Part shown: in pieces, positions 57,065 to 64,000 of the stretch | Position numbering within the stretch: the first letter of the stretch is position 1 | Layout of the letters: the number at the start of each line of letters is the position of its first letter | Virus record (IMG/VR): IMGVR_UViG_3300011923_000008 | Coordinates: 7,453 to 71,452 of that record | Length of the DNA: 64,000 nt | Origin: a virus | Lineage: Duplodnaviria; Caudoviricetes | Strand: one strand, 5' to 3' | Translations under genes and position numbers: made by a program | Notes under the pieces: generated by a model | What the model was told of the DNA's origin: nothing | The model's input: only the letters and a program-made list of their open reading frames with translations | The model's database searches: none

Positions 57065-57748
57065 ATGCCCTTCCAACTCTCAGAACCTACCAAGGTCACG
57101 ATCGTCAATGCCAACCCCCGCCGCGAGCTGCACGGCGAAGAAAAGGTCCGCGCGATCGACATTGCTTTCGTGATCACCGGGTCGAACGATTTGCTGGACC
57201 TGCTTGAACCCGGTCTGCGTGAGCACCACTTCTGCAACAAGGCGGCCCAGGCTGGCCAAGTGGAGCTGCCGGATATCGCGATCCCGCTGCCGAACATCCG
57301 CCACCCACAATTGCCTCTGGCCTATCATTACGCGAAGGGCCAAAAATGGCGTGGCTATCGCTTCATCTGGGACTGGGGCACCGAAGGCGAGCACGTCGAC
57401 TTCACCGATGCCGTGCTGTGCGGCCTGCAGTATGAACTGGTCGAAGGCGGGAGCGTGACCATCAAGGGCACCATCCAGTACAACGGCGACGAGCTCCAGG
57501 ACAACGACACCTTCGGCGAACTATCGGGCCTGGCCGCCGAGGGCGAAATCTACATCAAGCTGCTGGCACCGGCCGAAGTCATGCTGGCCAAGAAGGGCTA
57601 CCGCGCCGGCAAGCCTGATACGCCGTCGTCTGGCAGCGACAGCGACGATGGTGGCCAGCAGGATCTGGACGGGCTTGATTCCGATGGCGAAGGATTGACA
57701 CCAGAGAAGGCTTTCGCCAACTCCCTGGAGGATGACTCACCGATCTGA
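57065..57748 (+). CDS. Hypothetical phage protein, 227 aa
   Basis: AAGGAG SD; clean ORF. Confidence 0.85.
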   Translation: MPFQLSEPTKVTIVNANPRRELHGEEKVRAIDIAFVITGSNDLLDLLEPGLREHHFCNKAAQAGQVELPDIAIPLPNIRHPQLPLAYHYAKGQKWRGYRFIWDWGTEGEHVDFTDAVLCGLQYELVEGGSVTIKGTIQYNGDELQDNDTFGELSGLAAEGEIYIKLLAPAEVMLAKKGYRAGKPDTPSSGSDSDDGGQQDLDGLDSDGEGLTPEKAFANSLEDDSPI

Positions 57749-57791
57749 TAGCAGTGCAAGCACGGGGCCTGGGCAGGCCTCGTGCCCAGTT

Positions 57792-58046
57792 CTATAAGCC
57801 CAGCGGCACCCGAGTACCGTCCTTGGCGACCAGCGCGTTGGTATCGCCAGGCACCAGTTTCACACCCAACAGCGTCTGCACCGCCTCAGTCGATGCCGGG
57901 CTACCCAGCCCTTTGCGCACGATCTTGCGCGTCTCAATGAAGTCTTTCAGGGACGCGGCATCAAGCTCGATGCACTGAGGGTAGGCGTTGTCATGTTGGG
58001 ACCAGTGCGCGCGGATGGCACTGACCATGGTGTCGTAAAGCGTCAT
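57792..58046 (-). CDS. Small moron protein opposite to the early operon
   Basis: 84-aa protein-like ORF between two hairpins. Confidence 0.7.
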   Translation of the reverse strand: MTLYDTMVSAIRAHWSQHDNAYPQCIELDAASLKDFIETRKIVRKGLGSPASTEAVQTLLGVKLVPGDTNALVAKDGTRVPLGL

Positions 58047-58127
58047 AGCGACAAGTCTACCGCCCCCAGTGGGCCCCTATTCACAGCCCGCCCTGAGCAA
58101 TCGAGGCGGGCTCTTCTCATTCACCTC

Positions 58128-59192
58128 ATGGCTGCCTACTACAACGAAATAGAGCCGTATGCAGCCCAATGGCTGCGCAATCTCATCGCTGCGGGCCACA
58201 TTGCACCCGGTGATGTTGACGAAAGGAGCATTGAAGATGTTCACCCCGACGAACTCAGGACCTACACCCAATGCCACTTCTTCGCCGGCGTTGGTGTTTG
58301 GTCCTACGCCCTGCGCGCCGCAGGATGGCCAGATGACCGATCTGTTTGGACTGGTTCCTGTCCGTGCCAACCTTTCTCCGAGGCAGGCCAAGGAGCTGGG
58401 TTTGCTGACGAGCGGCACCTGTGGCCTCACTTCCACTGGCTCATACAAGAGTGTCGCCCTCCAGCAATCTTTGGTGAGCAGGTTGCGAGCAAGCCTGCAG
58501 GACCTTGGATCGACCTTGTATCCTCAGACTTGGAAGCCATGGACTACGCCGTCGGAGCGTGCGCTTTCCCGTCTTCGGGCGTCGGCGCGCCGCACATCAG
58601 AGACCGCTTGTACTGGCTGGCCAACTCCAGCAGCGCAGGAGTTCGAGCCAAAGGACTTGGAGCGCCTGCAGGAGAGGCGCCAAGAGCTGCAGAGGAAGTA
58701 CCGGAACAACGGGTTTGGACTGACGCTGGGCCAGGCGGCGCCACTGATGTCGGGCTGGCCCACACCAAACAGCACGATTGTGGACGCCAAGCCCAACCCT
58801 CCAATCACACGGGGCCGCACACTGACAGATCCACAAATCAGCACAGCGGATATAGCAGTGCACCTTTGCGGCTGGCCGACGCCGAGCTGCAACAACGACA
58901 GAACGGGCAATCCCGAGTCGGCCTTGTCAATGACCAGAGCGGACGGGAGCAAGGTGCAGCAGCGACTACAGGACTTCGCAGCGATATGTCTCCCGGCCCG
59001 GTTAACGGCCTCTGGCGATCTGCTGATTGGCTGCTCTGCCGGGATGGAAAGTGGCGGCCAGTTGAACCCGGCACATTCCCGCTGGCTCATGGGGCTGCCG
59101 CCCGAGTGGGACGCCTGCGCGCCTACGGAAATGCCATCAATGCGCAAGCCGCGCAAACCTTCATCGAAGCAGCAATGAGCTGCATCCCATAG
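58128..59192 (+). CDS. C5-cytosine DNA methyltransferase, alpha chain (motif IX not seen)
   Basis: Motif I HFFAGVG, IV GSCPCQPFS, VI GEQV, VIII PHIRDRLYW, X RLRAYGNAI; region between VIII and X is low complexity. Confidence 0.92.
   Translation: MAAYYNEIEPYAAQWLRNLIAAGHIAPGDVDERSIEDVHPDELRTYTQCHFFAGVGVWSYALRAAGWPDDRSVWTGSCPCQPFSEAGQGAGFADERHLWPHFHWLIQECRPPAIFGEQVASKPAGPWIDLVSSDLEAMDYAVGACAFPSSGVGAPHIRDRLYWLANSSSAGVRAKGLGAPAGEAPRAAEEVPEQRVWTDAGPGGATDVGLAHTKQHDCGRQAQPSNHTGPHTDRSTNQHSGYSSAPLRLADAELQQRQNGQSRVGLVNDQSGREQGAAATTGLRSDMSPGPVNGLWRSADWLLCRDGKWRPVEPGTFPLAHGAAARVGRLRAYGNAINAQAAQTFIEAAMSCIP
58333..59178 (+). CDS. Overprinted +1-frame ORF, putative methyltransferase beta chain (three GWPTP units and motif IX-like segment)
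   Basis: AGGA SD before MTDLFG; GWPTP x3; GGQLNPAHSRWLMGLPPEW. Confidence 0.8.
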   Translation: MTDLFGLVPVRANLSPRQAKELGLLTSGTCGLTSTGSYKSVALQQSLVSRLRASLQDLGSTLYPQTWKPWTTPSERALSRLRASARRTSETACTGWPTPAAQEFEPKDLERLQERRQELQRKYRNNGFGLTLGQAAPLMSGWPTPNSTIVDAKPNPPITRGRTLTDPQISTADIAVHLCGWPTPSCNNDRTGNPESALSMTRADGSKVQQRLQDFAAICLPARLTASGDLLIGCSAGMESGGQLNPAHSRWLMGLPPEWDACAPTEMPSMRKPRKPSSKQQ

Positions 59193-59238
59193 ATTCCTAG
59201 CCCGCCCTGAGCGGGCATTTCCATTTCTGGAGCCCAAC

Positions 59239-60234
59239 ATGGCTGAAAACAACTCTTCCGCTCCCCTCAAGACTGCCGAGGGGACTGCAACGCTTTGGTG
59301 TGTGCACGTTACAGGCGCTGATGATGTGCACCCAATGCCATCCCGCGAGGTGGCGCTAGAAGAATCAAACGCCCTGAATACCTCGATTTGCCGTATCAAG
59401 CGTCAGGACATTGACCCGGTGCTGATCGCAGTGGTTGCTGAGTGGCCGCATTCCGCTGACTCGCATGCGGCCGGCTTGATGATCCGCGACGAATGCTTGC
59501 GGATGCGAGGCGACCAGGCAGTAGCAGCACGGGCAGCGACCGCAGCAGTGGCTGTGCCTGATGACTTCGAGTTGCGTGAGAGGTGGCGGGCCGCTGGCGG
59601 AAGCTTCCACGGGCCATGCGTTGAAACCGGCACCATGCCAGAGGCGCAACTGCTCCCGTTTTTGCGCGATCTTGCCGCCACCCCAGCCCTTCCAGCTACC
59701 GAGGATTCCTCGGCAGGTGACCTGGCAGAGGGGCCTGACGGTTTCGGTAGTGCGGAACACTGGAAAGAGAAAGCCCAATATTGGGCAGGGGTGGCTCATG
59801 AGCTTCGTGGACAAGCGCTGCGAGGTGAGCCTGTGGACGGGATCATCCAACCGACATCCCAGGCAGAGGTGCAGGCCGAGCCGGTGATTTACGTCAGCCG
59901 TGGCCAGCTCGAAACCCACACAGATCCCGATAGTGATGGCGGCCGCTACCTGCCGGCGCGCCGCACGCCGTTGGGCCTGCTCAACTATCCACTCTACTCA
60001 GCACCCCAGGCCCAGCCCGCTGATGCGCTGGATGCGGCGCGGTATCGCCATTTGCGGGACGGGGTAATGGTTGACGGGGAAATCAATGAATCCCTGTATG
60101 TGCGCGTTGATCAAGCGTCTTATCCCAACCGCTGGGCGCTGGTGGGCCAGGATCTTGACGAGGCAATCGACGCCGCCATGGCTGCAGCCCAGGAAGGCGG
60201 CAATGCCTCAGCCGGAAAGGATGGTGCAGCATGA
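59239..60234 (+). CDS. Mosaic Ead/Ea22-like hypothetical protein
   Basis: GGAG SD; modular segments ending DAARYRHLRD...LDEAIDAAM. Confidence 0.8.
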   Translation: MAENNSSAPLKTAEGTATLWCVHVTGADDVHPMPSREVALEESNALNTSICRIKRQDIDPVLIAVVAEWPHSADSHAAGLMIRDECLRMRGDQAVAARAATAAVAVPDDFELRERWRAAGGSFHGPCVETGTMPEAQLLPFLRDLAATPALPATEDSSAGDLAEGPDGFGSAEHWKEKAQYWAGVAHELRGQALRGEPVDGIIQPTSQAEVQAEPVIYVSRGQLETHTDPDSDGGRYLPARRTPLGLLNYPLYSAPQAQPADALDAARYRHLRDGVMVDGEINESLYVRVDQASYPNRWALVGQDLDEAIDAAMAAAQEGGNASAGKDGAA

Positions 60235-60440
60235 GCAAGCTATCGCAACTCAAATCGAAAGTTGGCTACCAGGAGCGCGTACCTCGTTGCTCCACCTGTA
60301 AGCACTATTCATCGCAGCAGCTCATGCGTAACTCGCTTCCTGGCTTCTATCAGCGGTTCTGCAAGCTCTATAGCTTTCAAATCAAAGACCATGCGTGCTG
60401 CAACGATTGGCAGTCGCCTCAGGGTGAGGTTCTTGCATGA
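60231..60440 (+). CDS. Small Cys-rich protein
   Basis: CSTCKH..C..CCND; ATGA overlap. Confidence 0.75.
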   Translation: MSKLSQLKSKVGYQERVPRCSTCKHYSSQQLMRNSLPGFYQRFCKLYSFQIKDHACCNDWQSPQGEVLA

Positions 60441-60474
60441 CCGCCCAGCGCGCCCAACAGAGGGAGGGCCAGTG

Positions 60475-60945
60475 ATGTTCAAAGCGACCTGTTGTACCGC
60501 TGGGATCGTGAAGGGCCTAGTTGAGCATGGAGACCACCGCCGCCACTTCGGCTCTTATCTCGCCTTGCCTTGGCATCTTGAGGTAGCAGAGCGTAATGGG
60601 CTCATCACTGTCGCCGACAAAGTGACGCTGACTGCTTCAGGCCGCCAGTATTACGACGAAAAGCAACTCGCCGATCTACCAGATAGCCGTGCATACATGT
60701 GGACCAGAGAAGATTCCTTTTTGGCACACCGCCCAGGCCCAACCACAGAAGGACAGCAACCAATGAAAGCGAAACTCGCACTAGCAGTAGCTGCTGCCAT
60801 TCACCCCGGAATTCTCGGCCTGCTCCCTGAGCCAAAGACACCGAGGATTCGATTACAGGTCGACCATGAGCGCTTGATGCAGGCCCAGGCAAAGCGCGAC
60901 CGAAAAGCGGCTAAGCGGGCTGCCCAGGCCAAGAAGGAGGATTGA
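60475..60945 (+). CDS. Hypothetical protein, possibly two fused genes
   Basis: GGGAGG SD before MFKATCC; second SD-like AAGGA before internal MKAKLALAV. Confidence 0.65.
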   Translation: MFKATCCTAGIVKGLVEHGDHRRHFGSYLALPWHLEVAERNGLITVADKVTLTASGRQYYDEKQLADLPDSRAYMWTREDSFLAHRPGPTTEGQQPMKAKLALAVAAAIHPGILGLLPEPKTPRIRLQVDHERLMQAQAKRDRKAAKRAAQAKKED

Positions 60946-60946
60946 G

Positions 60947-61141
60947 ATGGCGACAACCAACCCTCACAGCCTACGCGCACACGCAGACGCGATCCGCGCA
61001 GCCAACATGAAGGCCGAAGGTTACACCTCTCGCCAGATTGCGGGATCACTTGGCAAGGAATCTAAGCAGATCAAAGGGATGGTTTTGCTCGGACAGCGGC
61101 TGATTGCCGAACGATCCCCCGCCCCCAAGGAAGCACCATGA
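60947..61141 (+). CDS. Small HTH protein
   Basis: AAGGAGG SD; KAEGYTSRQIAGSLG. Confidence 0.75.
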   Translation: MATTNPHSLRAHADAIRAANMKAEGYTSRQIAGSLGKESKQIKGMVLLGQRLIAERSPAPKEAP

Positions 61142-61278
61142 ACGCGCTGTACATCCGACGCTCATCCAGCACCTTGTTCTTACTACCAGCCGTGGCTGTC
61201 GGGATCGACATCGACGGCAGACCATTCATAGAAATAGCTTGGCTCAACGTCGCCATCGGCATTGGAGAAAAACCTTGA
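61138..61278 (+). CDS. 46-aa hypothetical protein
   Basis: MNALYIRRSSSTLFLLPAVAVGIDIDGRPFIEIAWLNVAIGIGEKP*; overlaps both neighbours. Confidence 0.55.
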   Translation: MNALYIRRSSSTLFLLPAVAVGIDIDGRPFIEIAWLNVAIGIGEKP

Positions 61279-61487
61279 AAACAACCCTGCAAATTGTCGT
61301 GCGCGGCAAAACAAAAACCTACGCTTTTGAGTTCAAAGGCGACCCCAAGTACATCAAAGAATGGCAAGAGCAAGGGCTCGACATTGATGAGGTTCTTAAC
61401 AGCGTCCCTGAATGGGTTGTGAGGGCCGGACTGATGCGCCCCTGGATTGCAGTTCAGGATGCATGGCGTTGGCTCCGAATCTTTTGA
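61275..61487 (+). CDS. 70-aa hypothetical protein
   Basis: GGAG SD before TTG 61275. Confidence 0.65.
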   Translation: MKTTLQIVVRGKTKTYAFEFKGDPKYIKEWQEQGLDIDEVLNSVPEWVVRAGLMRPWIAVQDAWRWLRIF

Positions 61488-61500
61488 CCAAGGAAGCACC

Positions 61501-61590
61501 ATGACCCCTGAAGTAATTCAAGCCATCGGTAACCACATCGTCGGCCCCATCTGCGTTGCGGCAGTGCTGATTTGTATTTTTAAGGACTAA
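61501..61590 (+). CDS. 29-aa membrane peptide
   Basis: AAGGAAG upstream; MTPEVIQAIGNHIVGPICVAAVLICIFKD*. Confidence 0.55.
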   Translation: MTPEVIQAIGNHIVGPICVAAVLICIFKD

Positions 61591-61596
61591 AGCACC

Positions 61597-62057
61597 ATGA
61601 CCGACAACACAGAAGCACAGCCCGAAGCGCTGCGGCTGGCCGAACGCCTGGACCTGTATGCAACTGGCGATGAGCATCAACGTGATGTGGAGGATTCTGC
61701 CGACGAGCTGCGCCGCCAGCACGCCGAGATACAGCAGCTCAGGCCCAGCTATCAGCGCGGCAGGCTGCGCCGGATGGGCAATGGAAGTGCGGCAACGAGT
61801 ATTTGCCTTACCACCCCGACGCCTCGCACGTTGATCCGGCCTATCGTGACGGCTGGAATGACTGCTATCGGGCCGCCCCCCCCTCACATGAGCGGGAGCC
61901 GCGCACCCATGAATGGCATCACAACAGCCGTGTCGAATCGGCGGCGGGTATTCGGGATGCCCTAAGTGGCATGGGTGTGTACCTCACGATCACGACCATT
62001 CTTCAGCTTGTTGACATCACACGCAAAGCACACGGAATAGGAGCCACCAATGGCTAA
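61597..62057 (+). pseudogene. Frameshifted hypothetical gene (or sequencing error) at ~61740
   Basis: Adding one C at CTCAG joins RRQHAEIQQL to QAQLSARQAAPDGQWK...YHPDASHVDPAYRDGWNDC. Confidence 0.65.
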
Positions 62058-62556
62058 AGCCACCGCCAGGCGCACACAACGACAGCCGACCCACAGCCGC
62101 GCCATGAAAAAAGGCATCTACCGCAAGGCCTCTCCCATCGAGGCCTTGATGGTGCGCCAGAGCATGCAGGCCGATGTCGTCAACCTGGGCCTGCACTGCA
62201 TGATGACCGACCACGGCAGCGAGCAGCCCGAGATGCTGGCCAGCCTTTCCTATCTGATCGGAATCGGCGCAGAGATTGCGCGAGCCATCCCGGTGGCCGG
62301 CAACAACAGGCCCGGCCTGCACCAGGCGCTGGCCGCCGTGGTGGACATGGCCGTAGACGGCCACCGCTGGGATTCAAGCTGGGGAGCGCAGCTCTCGCAT
62401 GCTGTCGAAATCAGCATTGATCTCTTCTGCAGCTATCGAAACCTGGGCCGCCGCTTTGAGCCAGGTGCGCGCCTGCTCTCGCACGAGGTAAAGGCCGGCA
62501 CCGTTGGCGCAGATGCGATCAAGCCACTGGATCTTCCAAGCGAGGCCCTTAAATGA
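62050..62556 (+). CDS. Hypothetical helical protein, 168 aa
   Basis: AGGAG SD. Confidence 0.8.
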   Translation: MAKATARRTQRQPTHSRAMKKGIYRKASPIEALMVRQSMQADVVNLGLHCMMTDHGSEQPEMLASLSYLIGIGAEIARAIPVAGNNRPGLHQALAAVVDMAVDGHRWDSSWGAQLSHAVEISIDLFCSYRNLGRRFEPGARLLSHEVKAGTVGADAIKPLDLPSEALK

Positions 62557-62696
62557 ACCGATCCATATCGATGAGCAGACGGGCACGCCAGCGCGGCGAT
62601 AAACGCGATCGCTGGAAAGAACCAACCGAGCAACCCGAGCCCGCACACAGCGGGCCTTTTTCTTTGGAGAACAGCAATGTTGCACGACAGAATTGA
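62553..62696 (+). CDS. 47-aa Arg-rich peptide
   Basis: ATGA overlap; MNRSISMSRRARQRGDKRDRWKE...; runs through a hairpin, so may not be real. Confidence 0.3.
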   Translation: MNRSISMSRRARQRGDKRDRWKEPTEQPEPAHSGPFSLENSNVARQN

Positions 62697-62934
62697 TGCC
62701 ACAGACGAAATGATCGACAAGATCTGTGAAGGGCTAGTTCAGAATGCAGCCAAAATTCGCTTCCTAATTCGGCTTGGCCTGCCTGTCAGCCGTCGCCCGA
62801 ATGGTCGCCCGCTGGTGTTCCGCGCCGACCTGGAGCGGCTGCAGGCTCAACGCACAGCAGCCGAACCTCAAACTATGACGACAACACAGGCTGCCAACGG
62901 CCCACGCTGGAAGAAGACAGCTGCAGGAGGATAG
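62677..62934 (+). CDS. Excisionase-like DUF4224-type protein
   Basis: AAKIRFLIRLGLPVSRRPNGRPLV; directly upstream of integrase. Confidence 0.8.
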   Translation: MLHDRIDATDEMIDKICEGLVQNAAKIRFLIRLGLPVSRRPNGRPLVFRADLERLQAQRTAAEPQTMTTTQAANGPRWKKTAAGG

Positions 62935-62938
62935 AAGT

Positions 62939-64000
62939 ATGGCGCGTACACGCGACCGAGCCAGCGCGGCAGGGCTCCTGCCGCGAATGGAAGCTTACGT
63001 ATGGAAGGATGGCAAGACTAAGTCCTACCGCTACCACCCCGCGAAGGGAAAACCAATTGCTCTTGGGAAAGACTTAGCGAATGCCATACGCACCGTCCTC
63101 AACCTAAACGGCAGTGCTCCAGCCGAAATCACTGGCACGCTGCTTTGGGTTTGGGAGAACTACAAAAAGGGGCCACGCTGGAAGAAATACGCAGCTTCAA
63201 CACGCGAAGACTATGAGGCTGCCTGGAAGCAACTCGACTCGCGACTTGGGCACATGCACATGTCAGAGATCACGACAGCAGTGGTAGTCCACTATGTTCA
63301 TGTCGAGCGAAGTGATTCTCCAAGACGCGCAGACATTGAGAAAAGCTTGCTATCAAGACTTTTTGGCCATGGGATAAAGCTCGGTGCATGCACGGCAAAC
63401 AGCACAATAGGTGTCGAGCCACATGGCAGCGAGCCCAGAACCACCGCCCCAAAGCAAGAAGTGTTGGCTAAATTTCTTGATTGGCTCACCCAGCAAACAC
63501 CACAGCGGCAGATCATAGGTATGGCAGCAGAGTACGCCAGCCTGGCCGGCAACCGGAAAGCTGAATTCTTGACTCTTGAATGGAGCCATGTCGATCAGAA
63601 AGCCGGTGAGATCCGCTTGGTTCGCGCAAAGCAGCGCGGCGCCAAACGAGGTCAGATCATTGAGACGATTGCAATCAGCCCTCTCATGAACGACCTGCTC
63701 CATCGGCTTCGCAAGGTCAGCTTCGAGCGCGGCACCGATTGTCTATATGTTTTCCCAACGCGCGACAACAATGCCTACACGCACCGGGGCTTCAAGACGC
63801 TTTGGCAACGGTGTATTGACCAGGCGTTGGTGGAGAAGGTGCTGACCAAAGACAACCGATTCACCTTTCATGACCTGCGCGCCTATTACGTGACGATGCA
63901 CAAAAAGCAACGAGGCCACTTGCCTGACATGCACTCAAATCCTGCCACTACAGCGCGCGTCTATGACCGCTCCGAAGAGATCGGAAGAGAGTCCCTCTAG
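62939..64000 (+). CDS. int: Tyrosine integrase
   Basis: GNRKAEF (R), FHDLRAYY (HxxR), TTARVYDR (Y); stop TAG at 63998-64000. Confidence 0.95.
   Translation: MARTRDRASAAGLLPRMEAYVWKDGKTKSYRYHPAKGKPIALGKDLANAIRTVLNLNGSAPAEITGTLLWVWENYKKGPRWKKYAASTREDYEAAWKQLDSRLGHMHMSEITTAVVVHYVHVERSDSPRRADIEKSLLSRLFGHGIKLGACTANSTIGVEPHGSEPRTTAPKQEVLAKFLDWLTQQTPQRQIIGMAAEYASLAGNRKAEFLTLEWSHVDQKAGEIRLVRAKQRGAKRGQIIETIAISPLMNDLLHRLRKVSFERGTDCLYVFPTRDNNAYTHRGFKTLWQRCIDQALVEKVLTKDNRFTFHDLRAYYVTMHKKQRGHLPDMHSNPATTARVYDRSEEIGRESL

Larger units (their letters stand above)
1..64000. mobile_element. Temperate prophage, podovirus-like, incomplete on the left (rest of giant gene and probably lysis genes outside window)
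   Basis: Continuous head, tail, replication, cI/cro, recombination and integrase modules; no host housekeeping gene seen; no sheath or tape-measure gene recognised. Confidence 0.95.

Noticed and set aside
57993-58332. Track starts 57993 and 58159 for the two methyltransferase frames
   Set aside because: Upstream extensions run through a hairpin or lack an SD; 58128 and 58333 fit motif I position and SD.
1-64000. tRNA, rRNA, CRISPR arrays and IS elements
   Set aside because: None recognised by eye; a tRNAscan-SE or Infernal run would be needed to exclude atypical RNAs.

Overview
The whole window is one temperate, podovirus-like prophage (about 63% GC by eye, Burkholderiales-like host inferred), cut off on the left inside a giant virion gene and ending on the right at the integrase stop codon (64000). 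Left arm, mostly minus strand: terminases, P22-like portal, scaffold, N4-gp56-type capsid, adaptor, internal (ejected) proteins, tail genes and a >3071-aa polyvalent protein (pyrophosphatase-like, ADP-ribosyltransferase-like, N6-methyltransferase and SNF2 helicase domains) that runs off the window and is missing from the ORF track. Centre: replication/nin block and a cro/cI switch with six operators. Right arm, plus strand: recombination, HU, exonuclease, C5 methyltransferase, excisionase, integrase. Best observations: (1) three genes overprinted in the +1 frame, two inside the giant gene and one that appears to supply motif IX and three GWPTP repeats to the C5 methyltransferase; (2) six identically spaced late promoters, four apparently leaderless, with a candidate activator; (3) a TPR-like + HEPN cassette; (4) a C4-like RNA, Bro-N antirepressor and stand-alone HExxGH metallopeptidase unit; (5) a CsrA-like first gene of the tail operon; (6) a LexA box in the early operon. 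All family assignments come from motif recognition by eye; no searches were run.
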